DNA of 64,000 nucleotides from Riemerella anatipestifer (GCF_051132245.1 NZ_CP081184.1), one strand, 5' to 3'; counted from the stretch's first letter, positions 18,242 to 26,067 are shown. The notes: generated from the letters alone by a model not told the origin. Program-made: numbers and translations.

Positions 18242-19279
18242 ATGAAAAAATTACTAATGTGTTTTCTGATGATTTTAGTAGCTATGGGATGTGAAGATTA
18301 TGTTAAAGAAAAAGATAATATTGAAATTCTCATATTTGAAGGGATGAAAGGAGAGTCGAAGTATATGTTTTTTATCAATCCGAAAGTAGGTTATTCTTTT
18401 AATAATCACACTGTAAGTGATTGGCATAGAGTTACAGAAGAACAACTCAAACAACCTAACTTTTTCCCAAAATCTACTGATATTTCTATTATTTATAAGA
18501 CCATAGATGGCGGTAAAACTTGGGCTAGTGTATATTCAATAGATGATTTTCGTTTTGATAAAGTTGCTTTTTCTGATAAAAATCGGGTTTACATAAAAAT
18601 CATTAATAGTAAAGAGACTTTGAATAATAAACTTTTAAAGTTTGAATTGGAAACTAATAAGGCTACTGTTTTTAGTTTTAATTTTGAAAGAATGGGTGAA
18701 ATATGGGCAATCAATCAAAAAGTTTTCATAAATAGCAAAAATAACGGTATTAATACTTTATATAGTATTGATAATGATTTTACTAAAATAGATTCAATAG
18801 AAGAAAATAAAATTTTTAAAGATAAAATAACTTTATTAGACAATACTCCATATACTATAACTTGGGATAATGAACTTTATAATATAGAAAAAAAAGAAGC
18901 TATTAGGTTATGTGATATTGAACTTGAGAGTATTATTGAAATGGGGAAATCTAATATATTAGTAGCTTGTAAAAAAGAATTTTCTATTATCCTCGTTGAA
19001 TATGACACAAGTACCAAAAAAAGAAAATATTTAAAGGAGTTTTCTGGTTATGATATAGTGAAAGGTTTGCAAAGTAATGATAAGGTGATTTGTGGATTTA
19101 TAGGAAGTATAAAGGGAATGTTTACAGAATATGATTTATTTTATAGTCTAGATAAAGGTAAAACATGGCATATACAAGAACTTAAAGAAAAGAGTTATAT
19201 CTCCTCTAGTGCTTTAGTGGATGATATATTATATATTTTTAGTGGGGGTAAGAGGATGCAAAAAATTTTATTAAAATAG
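18242..19279 (+). CDS. Candidate immunity protein for CT-6: lipoprotein with BNR/Asp-box-like repeats (DGGKTW, DKGKTW), probably a beta-propeller
   Basis: Lipobox LVAMGC; two SxDxGxTW-like motifs; position directly 3' of the toxin. Confidence 0.45.
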   Translation: MKKLLMCFLMILVAMGCEDYVKEKDNIEILIFEGMKGESKYMFFINPKVGYSFNNHTVSDWHRVTEEQLKQPNFFPKSTDISIIYKTIDGGKTWASVYSIDDFRFDKVAFSDKNRVYIKIINSKETLNNKLLKFELETNKATVFSFNFERMGEIWAINQKVFINSKNNGINTLYSIDNDFTKIDSIEENKIFKDKITLLDNTPYTITWDNELYNIEKKEAIRLCDIELESIIEMGKSNILVACKKEFSIILVEYDTSTKKRKYLKEFSGYDIVKGLQSNDKVICGFIGSIKGMFTEYDLFYSLDKGKTWHIQELKEKSYISSSALVDDILYIFSGGKRMQKILLK

Positions 19280-19280
19280 G

Positions 19281-19304
19281 GGTTGCGTATCAGAGTTAGT
19301 GATG
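19281..19304 (+). repeat. Cassette-boundary motif (GGTTGCGTATCAGAGTTAGTGATG)
   Basis: Directly after the immunity stop. Confidence 0.8.
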
Positions 19305-19311
19305 TAAAAAC

Positions 19312-19448
19312 GTTAAAAAATGTACTGTCAAACTGTCATAAAAAGTAAAAATAAGTTTCGGGGTTGTATCGGAGTTCTCTCGAAGAGATCTCGAACCTAC
19401 CCCGAAGCGGTACGCAGTAAAAAAAGACTGCCAAAATGGCAAAAAGGC
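19312..19448 (+). repeat. Conserved cassette leader, variant B. The central 40 nt are replaced by ATCGGAGTTCTCTCGAAGAGATCTCGAACCTACCCCGAAGCG; same length and frame as variant A
   Basis: Flanks identical to variant A; the middle matches the 12290-12366 element. Confidence 0.8.
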
Positions 19449-20921
19449 AAGTTTACCAAGCATTATTTTGAAGGCACAAGCCGTATTGTTTCTAAGTTAG
19501 GGGAAGGAACTTTCCACCAACCAAGTGGACTAATGGCAGGAGGAATTGATTATGTGAAACAATCCGCAAAAGTGCAGGAAGCCATAGACCAATACATCAA
19601 AGGATTAAACATTCCGCCAGGTCCGCCAACGCAACACGGCGTATACGGCACACCTGACTTTACAGGGCAGGAGTACCCAAGTATAGATTGGTCAGACATT
19701 AGCCAAGACCAAGAGCCACCCGAAGGGTGGCCAAGACCGCCTAAGTTTAACGAACCGGGAGATGTACCGGGTCCTCCAGTGCAATACGGTGACCCAGTGA
19801 AACCCGAAACGGTAGAGGGCGGATTTGGATTTAAGGATAATGGCGTGGAGGAAAAGAATTTATACTACTATCACCCTGACCACTTAGGTAGCAGTAGTTA
19901 CATTACAGACAAAGACGGCAACATTAGTCAGCACACAGAGTACATCGCCTTTGGCGAGGTGCTGTTTGACGAGCATAATGTGAGTAGGAGAATGCCGTAT
20001 CTTTTCAATGGTAAGGAGTTGGATAGTGAAACAGGATTGTATTATTACGGTGCGAGGTATTACGACCCAAGAGTGTCTATATTCTTAAATGTAGACCCGT
20101 TAGTAGAAAAAACAATGCAACCATATGCCTATACTAATAATAATCCTATAATGCTAATAGACCCAACGGGAATGGAGGCAGAGGATTGTCCTACTTGCCC
20201 CAAACCGTTATATGAAGGACAAGAGATAAAAGGGAGTGATGGCAAACTGTATGGGGCAGCAAGACAGCAAGGAGATATACATTGGGATGTTCCAACAAAA
20301 CCCCTAGAATGGTTACCGCAAACAAATATTGAAGAAGTTACTTTAACGGGTAAAGCTAAATCATCTTTCACAAGTACAGATACATCTCTGTCAAATTATA
20401 ATTTTCCAGTATCTTCACTTCCAAATGGTAAGGTTGAGATGATGAGTGGTATGTTGGATATAGTTGGAATGCTTCTAGCTAACTCTGAATTGGGGAATAA
20501 ATATATGGTGGGAGTAGCTGGGGTAGCAGCAATAGCACTAACGAAAGGTAAAGCAACAGATGATGTACTAAAAGCTGAAAGTAATTTATGGAAAGTTGGT
20601 AAATATAGTGAATTAAGGGGAACGCAAGTAGGTTTACAAGCACATCATGTTGGGCAGAGTGCATTAATGAAAAAAATGGTAAAAGGTTATAATCATAATT
20701 CAGCACCTTCAATACTTGTTCCTGAAATAGGACATGTTTTTAAGGGGCCATTTGGAAGAATTTCTACATCTACAAAGGGATTAACTACCCCTCGTCAAGT
20801 TTTGGCAAGGGATATTTTTGAATTACGTAGAGTTTATGGTCCACAAGGAATACCTAATACTTCACTACAAAAATTGATTCAAATGAATAAAACAATGTAT
20901 CCTTCATCATTTTCTAAATAA
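19320..20921 (+). CDS. Orphan rhs C-terminal cassette 6. CT-7 contains a QAHHVGQ motif (possible Tox-AHH/HNH-fold nuclease) and shares the DPTGMEAEDCPTCPKP linker with cassette 2
   Basis: Leader plus RHS tail plus distinct CT. An AHH tripeptide with a downstream His (GHVFKG) is consistent with AHH-family HNH nucleases, but this is unproven. Confidence 0.7.
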   Translation: MYCQTVIKSKNKFRGCIGVLSKRSRTYPEAVRSKKRLPKWQKGKFTKHYFEGTSRIVSKLGEGTFHQPSGLMAGGIDYVKQSAKVQEAIDQYIKGLNIPPGPPTQHGVYGTPDFTGQEYPSIDWSDISQDQEPPEGWPRPPKFNEPGDVPGPPVQYGDPVKPETVEGGFGFKDNGVEEKNLYYYHPDHLGSSSYITDKDGNISQHTEYIAFGEVLFDEHNVSRRMPYLFNGKELDSETGLYYYGARYYDPRVSIFLNVDPLVEKTMQPYAYTNNNPIMLIDPTGMEAEDCPTCPKPLYEGQEIKGSDGKLYGAARQQGDIHWDVPTKPLEWLPQTNIEEVTLTGKAKSSFTSTDTSLSNYNFPVSSLPNGKVEMMSGMLDIVGMLLANSELGNKYMVGVAGVAAIALTKGKATDDVLKAESNLWKVGKYSELRGTQVGLQAHHVGQSALMKKMVKGYNHNSAPSILVPEIGHVFKGPFGRISTSTKGLTTPRQVLARDIFELRRVYGPQGIPNTSLQKLIQMNKTMYPSSFSK

Positions 20922-20931
20922 TTTAATTTTT

Positions 20932-21270
20932 ATGACGGCAGAAAAATTTATCAATGGTATTTATAAAGAGTGTGTTACAGATCAATTAAAAATATATGAA
21001 AATTTGCTTGAAAATACACCTAAAGCAACTGATCCGACTTGGATTGATATTATAAATATTTATAAAAATCTTAGTGTTAAGGAGAAAAAGTCTTTTATTG
21101 ATTTTTTAAAAATAGTAGAAGTTAATACAGTTGCCTCTATTTTGAGTATTATAGATGGAGATAAGCCAATAAACAATAACTTTCTAACATTTGAATTAAA
21201 GTCAGAAAGTGGGGAAAATATGAGTGGGGACCTTACGTATAGGTTCTTGGAGAAAGATGATCTTATATAA
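20932..21270 (+). CDS. Candidate immunity protein for CT-7 (112 aa, soluble)
   Basis: 10 nt after the toxin stop; followed by a degenerate tandem boundary motif at 21277-21315. Confidence 0.4.
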   Translation: MTAEKFINGIYKECVTDQLKIYENLLENTPKATDPTWIDIINIYKNLSVKEKKSFIDFLKIVEVNTVASILSIIDGDKPINNNFLTFELKSESGENMSGDLTYRFLEKDDLI

Positions 21271-21324
21271 AAGGAGGTGTATATCATGGTTGGGTGTATA
21301 TCAAAGTCAGTAATGTAAAAACAA

Positions 21325-21458
21325 TTTAAAAAATGTACTGTCAAACTGTCATAAAAAGCAAAAATAAGTTTCGGGGTTTCGTCGGACCTACGACGGAGAC
21401 ACGACGGAGCGATGACGGAGCGGTACGCAGTAAAAAAAGGCTGCCAAAATGGCAAAAA
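21325..21458 (+). repeat. Conserved cassette leader, variant A (copy 3). Here it is fused to a different rhs junction (HPHALSILKD, main-gene residue ~1002)
   Basis: The same leader is joined to a more 5' point of the rhs body. Confidence 0.8.
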
Positions 21459-23171
21459 CACCCACACGCTTTAAGTATCTTAAAAGATACCACCACGCCT
21501 AAACCTCGCACCTATGAGTACGACGGCAATGGTAATCCGATAAGCTACGAGGGCTTTAAGGACTTTAGGGTAATGGTATGGGACGAGGAGAACAGACTGC
21601 AAGGTTTAAACGACAATGGCAAACTCCACCTTTACACTTACGACCACACAGGCGAAAGAGCCGTAAAGAGTAGTGCAGAGAGCCAAAAAACGGTGATTAA
21701 CGGCGTAAGTTCTGCCGTTATCGTTCACGCCGAGAATTACACGGCTTATGTTAATCCTTATTTTGTGGTTAATAAGGGTAAATTTACCAAGCATTACTTT
21801 GAAGGTACAAGCCGTATTGTGTCAAAATTGGGAGAGGGAACATTTCATCAGCCGACAGGTCTAACCGCTGGCGGTATAGACTACATTAAACAGAGTGCGA
21901 AAATACAGGAGGCAATAGATAACTATGTGCGTGGTTTAAATATCCCACCAGGTCCACCAACCCAGCACGGCATTTATGGAACGCCTGATTTTACTGGCGT
22001 AGAATATCCGTCGATTGACTGGAGCGATATATCCCAAGACCAAGAGCCACCTGAAGGGTGGCCACGCCCACCTAAGTTTAACGAGCCGGGCGATGTTCCG
22101 GGTCCGCCAGTACAATACGGCGACCCAGTAAAACCCGATAATGTGAAAGGAGGATTTGGCTATGTAGATAACGGAATAGAGGAAAAGAATTTATACTACT
22201 ATCACCCCGACCACTTGGGTAGCAGTAGCTACATTACAGACAAAGACGGCAACATTAGTCAGCACACAGAGTACATCGCCTTTGGCGAAATTCTGTTTGA
22301 CGAGCATAAAGTGAGCCGACGAATGCCGTATCTTTTCAATGGTAAGGAGTTAGATAGTGAGACAGGGTTGTATTATTATGGAGCAAGGTACTATGACCCA
22401 AGAGTAAGTTTGTGGTTAAATGTAGACCCGTTAGTGTCGGAACCCAATTTTCTTTCTGTTTTAGGAGAAGAAGACATTATAGAAGATAATGGAGGCGGAA
22501 TATTTAATCCAGATAATCTAAGTGTTTATAGCTATTCTCACGATAATCCTGTGATGTTATCTGATCCAGATGGCAGATGCCCTACCTGTTTAGTTGGGGC
22601 AATTGTAGGAGCAGCTACAGACTATGGGATACAAGTTGCGTCAAATTATATAAGTGGTAAAAGAGGTGTTGATGCTTGGACAGATAACATTTCATTATCA
22701 TCAATAGCTTTATCGGCTGCAGAAGGAGCTTTAACACAAGGTGGTAGTGCGTTGAGAAAAGCTGCTGTTTCAACAACAGTAATGATAGCTAAGAATACAA
22801 TAGATATAAATACTACTAAAGGAGTAAGTGTAGAGAAAAATGTTAGGAATATAGCTAAAAATACTATCATAGATGCCTCTGTAGGAGCAACTGTAAAGGG
22901 AATAGGGAATTTAGCTAAGACTAAGGGGTTAAATAAGCTAGCCGATAAGGTACACTTAAATAGTAATAATAAAGCTAAAAACTTTATACAAAAGACAACG
23001 GGGCTAAACTCTAAGCAGTCTAGAGAATTTGCTAAGAAATGGGATGTCAGAGGGGTATCCAAGCAACTAAGAAATGGTATTAACAATATACCGAATAAGA
23101 CATTGGAAAATATGTCAAATTCATATATCAAATATGGTGTAGATAAGTTTAAAGAAAAAACAAATGAATAA
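21333..23171 (+). CDS. Orphan rhs C-terminal cassette 7 (longer rhs tail, ~330 aa of core). CT-8 is a Gly/Ala-rich hydrophobic domain after DPDGRCPTCLVGAIVGAATDYG
   Basis: Leader plus rhs homology from ~21465; distinct CT. Confidence 0.7.
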   Translation: MYCQTVIKSKNKFRGFVGPTTETRRSDDGAVRSKKRLPKWQKHPHALSILKDTTTPKPRTYEYDGNGNPISYEGFKDFRVMVWDEENRLQGLNDNGKLHLYTYDHTGERAVKSSAESQKTVINGVSSAVIVHAENYTAYVNPYFVVNKGKFTKHYFEGTSRIVSKLGEGTFHQPTGLTAGGIDYIKQSAKIQEAIDNYVRGLNIPPGPPTQHGIYGTPDFTGVEYPSIDWSDISQDQEPPEGWPRPPKFNEPGDVPGPPVQYGDPVKPDNVKGGFGYVDNGIEEKNLYYYHPDHLGSSSYITDKDGNISQHTEYIAFGEILFDEHKVSRRMPYLFNGKELDSETGLYYYGARYYDPRVSLWLNVDPLVSEPNFLSVLGEEDIIEDNGGGIFNPDNLSVYSYSHDNPVMLSDPDGRCPTCLVGAIVGAATDYGIQVASNYISGKRGVDAWTDNISLSSIALSAAEGALTQGGSALRKAAVSTTVMIAKNTIDINTTKGVSVEKNVRNIAKNTIIDASVGATVKGIGNLAKTKGLNKLADKVHLNSNNKAKNFIQKTTGLNSKQSREFAKKWDVRGVSKQLRNGINNIPNKTLENMSNSYIKYGVDKFKEKTNE

Positions 23172-23484
23172 AAAATTAAAAATAGGTATTATATTGGTAT
23201 GGCTTATATTTATTAATTATCTCAATAGGGATACATTAATGTATAAGCCTCTTTTGAGCAGTAGTTTTATACAAAAGGAAATAGTACAAGGAAGAATTAT
23301 AAATGAGAAAAACCCTTTGAGAAGAGGTTTTTTAACGGGAGCATTTACATATTCTTATTGTTTTGAGGTAGAGAATATAGTTTATACTAATGATAGCTAC
23401 AATGAAAAATATGAAGTGGGGGATATAGTTTTAGTAGAGTATAGTAAGAAATTTCCTTTTATGAATAGAATAGTGGAAAAATAG
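23164..23484 (+). CDS. Candidate immunity protein 8a (TM anchor plus conserved C-terminal domain)
   Basis: Overlaps the toxin stop. The C-terminal ~60 aa are identical to the next ORF. Confidence 0.45.
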   Translation: MNKKLKIGIILVWLIFINYLNRDTLMYKPLLSSSFIQKEIVQGRIINEKNPLRRGFLTGAFTYSYCFEVENIVYTNDSYNEKYEVGDIVLVEYSKKFPFMNRIVEK

Positions 23485-23503
23485 AGGTTATAAAGGATAA
23501 CAG

Positions 23504-23815
23504 ATGAATAATAAGGGTAAAATAAAGCTATTAGCATTGATCTTAATATTATTAGTTTTATTCAAAGAGATTGTGGTATACAAACCTATTTTAAATTTTT
23601 TTCCAACAAATAAAAAAGAAGGAAGAATTATAAATGAGAAAAATTATCTAAGAAGGGGATTTTTAACAGGGGCATTTACATATTCTTATTGTTTTGAAGT
23701 AGAGAATATAGTTTATACTAATGATAGTTATAATGAAAAATATGAAGTGGGAGATATAGTTTTAGTAGAGTATAGTAAGAAATTTCCTTTTATGAATAGA
23801 ATAGTAGAAAAATAG
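23504..23815 (+). CDS. Candidate immunity protein 8b, tandem paralogue of 23164-23484
   Basis: Identical C-terminal sequence GRIINEKN..KFPFMNRIVEK; divergent N-terminal TM segment. Confidence 0.45.
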   Translation: MNNKGKIKLLALILILLVLFKEIVVYKPILNFFPTNKKEGRIINEKNYLRRGFLTGAFTYSYCFEVENIVYTNDSYNEKYEVGDIVLVEYSKKFPFMNRIVEK

Positions 23816-23866
23816 GTCGTGTATCAAAGTTGGTCGTGTATCAAAGTTAGTGATGATGATGATTTA
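23815..23866 (+). repeat. Tandem double copy of the cassette-boundary motif (GGTCGTGTATCAAAGTT GGTCGTGTATCAAAGTTAGTGATGATGATGATTTAGG)
   Basis: Terminal copy of the array, immediately before the IS1-family transposase region; a further copy at 23989-24012. Confidence 0.75.
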
Positions 23867-23972
23867 GGTTATTAAGTGTTTGGTTGTTAGAGGTGATGTT
23901 ATTGTAGATAAGTCTTAAAAGATGAATGATAGATATATTAGAGTAACAAAAAAGTGATAAAAAAGGAGATAA

Positions 23973-24695
23973 ATGATAGAAATTAAGACCTCGTGTATCA
24001 AAGTTAGTGATACCAAGATGTGTCCCCATTGTTTATCAAAAAAAATTATTAAAAATGGACGCACCAAGACCTTAAAACAACAGTATTACTGTAAGGAGTG
24101 TTATCGTCGTTTTATAGATTATTATACCTATCATGCTTATCATTCAGAGATTAACCGCAAAATAGTGATCTATACAAAAGAGGGTTTGGGGATTCGTTCT
24201 ATAGCGAGGGTATTAGGTATATCTGCTACCACTGTACTGAAAAGACTTTTGGCTATAGCTAAAGCATTGTCTTCTCCTTTGATAGCCTACGGAAAGGAAT
24301 ATGAGGTAGATGAGATTTGTAGTTATGTGAGGCATAAAGGAAATAAAATTTGGATTACTTATGCTATGGAGCGTGATAGTGGAAATGTGGTGAGTTTTAA
24401 CATTGGTAGGCGAACTAAAACCACTTTGTCAAAAGTAATTACCACATTGCTTTATAGCCGTCCAAAGCGTATCTATACAGATGGTTTACATCATTACCGC
24501 TACTTGATTCCTCAAAATATACATAAGGTTTCCCGCTATGGCACTAATAAAATAGAACGATTGAACCTAACCTTGAGAACTAAACTAAGGCGTCTAAATA
24601 GGAGAACGATTTGTTTTAGTAAGAGTCTTTGTATGTTTATGGCGATAATGAAAATGATAAGGTTTATAGAATCAGAAGTATTTATTAATAAATAA
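23973..24695 (+). mobile_element. IS1-family transposase gene (fused InsA-like zinc finger/HTH plus InsB-like DDE domain; probable start MCPHCLSKK at 24018). Element termini not identified
   Basis: CPHC...CKEC zinc finger; the C-terminus NKIERLNLTLRTKLRRLNRRTICFSKSLCMFMAIMKMI closely resembles the IS1 InsB C-terminus ([24 protein letters not shown]...). Confidence 0.7.
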
Positions 24696-25171
24696 TGAGA
24701 AATAAAATAATTAACATATTAGTTATAGCTATAGCTTTTATGGATTATATGTTACATCTTAATTTTTTGGTTTTGACTAATGTTATATATCTTAAGATCC
24801 TTTTATTTAGTGCTGTAATAAGTCTGTTATTACTATTCCTTTTAAGAATAAGATGGCAAAAACTCATTAAAATCTTTTTTTTAGTAGGAATTAGTGGCTA
24901 CTTTATACATTTTTCTTTCCTATATATAAAAGCTAAAAATTATAAAGTTTTTAAAGAAATAGTACCATTGAATGGTTATTATACGAGGAGAATTAATGGA
25001 GTTTTATTTACATTCAGAAATAAGAATTTTGATAGACCTATAAGTAAAATTAGTAGTAAAATATTAGAAAATGATATTTTAAAAAAATATGAATTGGAGT
25101 TGAAATTAGTAGAAGTTGGTGATGATGTTTACTTTATATCTACGAAAAATATAGTTCTTAAACGAAATTAG
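24695..25171 (+). CDS. Hypothetical membrane protein (3-4 TM helices)
   Basis: ORF with hydrophobic N-terminal half; may be an orphan immunity gene or IS cargo. Confidence 0.3.
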   Translation: MRNKIINILVIAIAFMDYMLHLNFLVLTNVIYLKILLFSAVISLLLLFLLRIRWQKLIKIFFLVGISGYFIHFSFLYIKAKNYKVFKEIVPLNGYYTRRINGVLFTFRNKNFDRPISKISSKILENDILKKYELELKLVEVGDDVYFISTKNIVLKRN

Positions 25172-25243
25172 ATATATGAAAAAAATAAATTTATTATTTC
25201 AGTTTTTGAAGTAGGAAATATGAAGGAAAATAATAACATATAG

Positions 25244-25699
25244 TTGGTAATTATGGATATTGAAAACTTAAATGAATTAAAAGTACTTGTTAATAGTAAG
25301 AATGTAAATAATTTTGTTGATGAGTATGGAAGGAATCTACTTCAAAATGCAATTATAGACAATCCTATGGCAATTGATTTTTTAATTGAGGTAGGTATAG
25401 ATATAAATCATATTGATTCTAATAAACAAAATGCTTTACACTTTTGTGCTGAATATGCTAATTATGAATTAGCAGAATTACTTCTTAAGAAAGGTATATA
25501 TAAAAATCAAAAAGATATTTATGGTAATACTCCTATGTGGAGAGCCGTTTTCAATGCAGATGGAGAATACAGCTTGGTGAAATTGTTAAAAAAATATGAT
25601 TGTGATTTTTTATCAAAAAATAATAATAATAAGTCTCCATTAGATTTTGCGATACAAATTGGTGATAACGAATTGCAAAATATTTTATTGAGGAATTAA
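25244..25699 (+). CDS. Ankyrin-repeat protein (three or more ANK repeats), possibly an orphan Imm-Ank-type immunity protein
   Basis: NALHFCAEYANYELAELLLKKG / GNTPMWRAV ankyrin consensus; located at the end of the polymorphic-toxin array. Confidence 0.6.
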   Translation: MVIMDIENLNELKVLVNSKNVNNFVDEYGRNLLQNAIIDNPMAIDFLIEVGIDINHIDSNKQNALHFCAEYANYELAELLLKKGIYKNQKDIYGNTPMWRAVFNADGEYSLVKLLKKYDCDFLSKNNNNKSPLDFAIQIGDNELQNILLRN

Positions 25700-25717
25700 A
25701 TAGATTAAATCGTGATG

Positions 25718-25850
25718 TTAGCTCTCATTCACTGCGTCGGTCTCGCGTAAAATTTCCTGCCCGATGGAAATTTTACGCGAGGCCGACGGAAAAATCACGC
25801 GAGGCTGATGGAAAAAATTTTGCTCCTCGATGGAGTGAAATGGGCTTCGG
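25718..25850. repeat. Repeat family A, copy 2 (CTCGCGTAAAATTTCC-TGCCCGAT-GGAAATTTTACGCGAG perfect 16-bp stem)
   Basis: See 6598-6735. Confidence 0.7.
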
Positions 25851-25940
25851 GGAGGGTGTTTTTTGTTTTGGGGGGTGTGCGTGGTGGTTGCAAGGTGGTG
25901 GTGGAGCGTGGGGCTTGGCGCTGTGGCTAGGGGTGGGGGT

Positions 25941-26067
25941 GCGTAAGGGATAGGAGCGGCTACCCCACAGCCACAGAGGGTAGGCACCGTGCGGAAGCTG
26001 TGGCGAGGAGTAATAGCGGATAGCCCGACCCGAGCAGCGGGCTTAAGCGCTGGCGAGGGATACGCCC
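25941..26067 (+). repeat. Repeat family B, copy 2, preceded by a G-tract-rich segment (25850-25940)
   Basis: See 7195-7323. Confidence 0.7.

Noticed and set aside
23815-24012. Boundary motif as the terminal inverted repeat of the IS1-family element
   Set aside because: No inverted copy is present downstream of the transposase gene. The motif occurs repeatedly in a single orientation throughout the Rhs array, immediately after immunity-gene stops.
25718-25987. ORF 25718..25987 (-) encoding a Pro/Ala/Thr/His-rich 89-aa peptide
   Set aside because: It lies entirely within the GC-rich repeat A2/B2 region and is a low-complexity translation. It is an artefact of the repeat.
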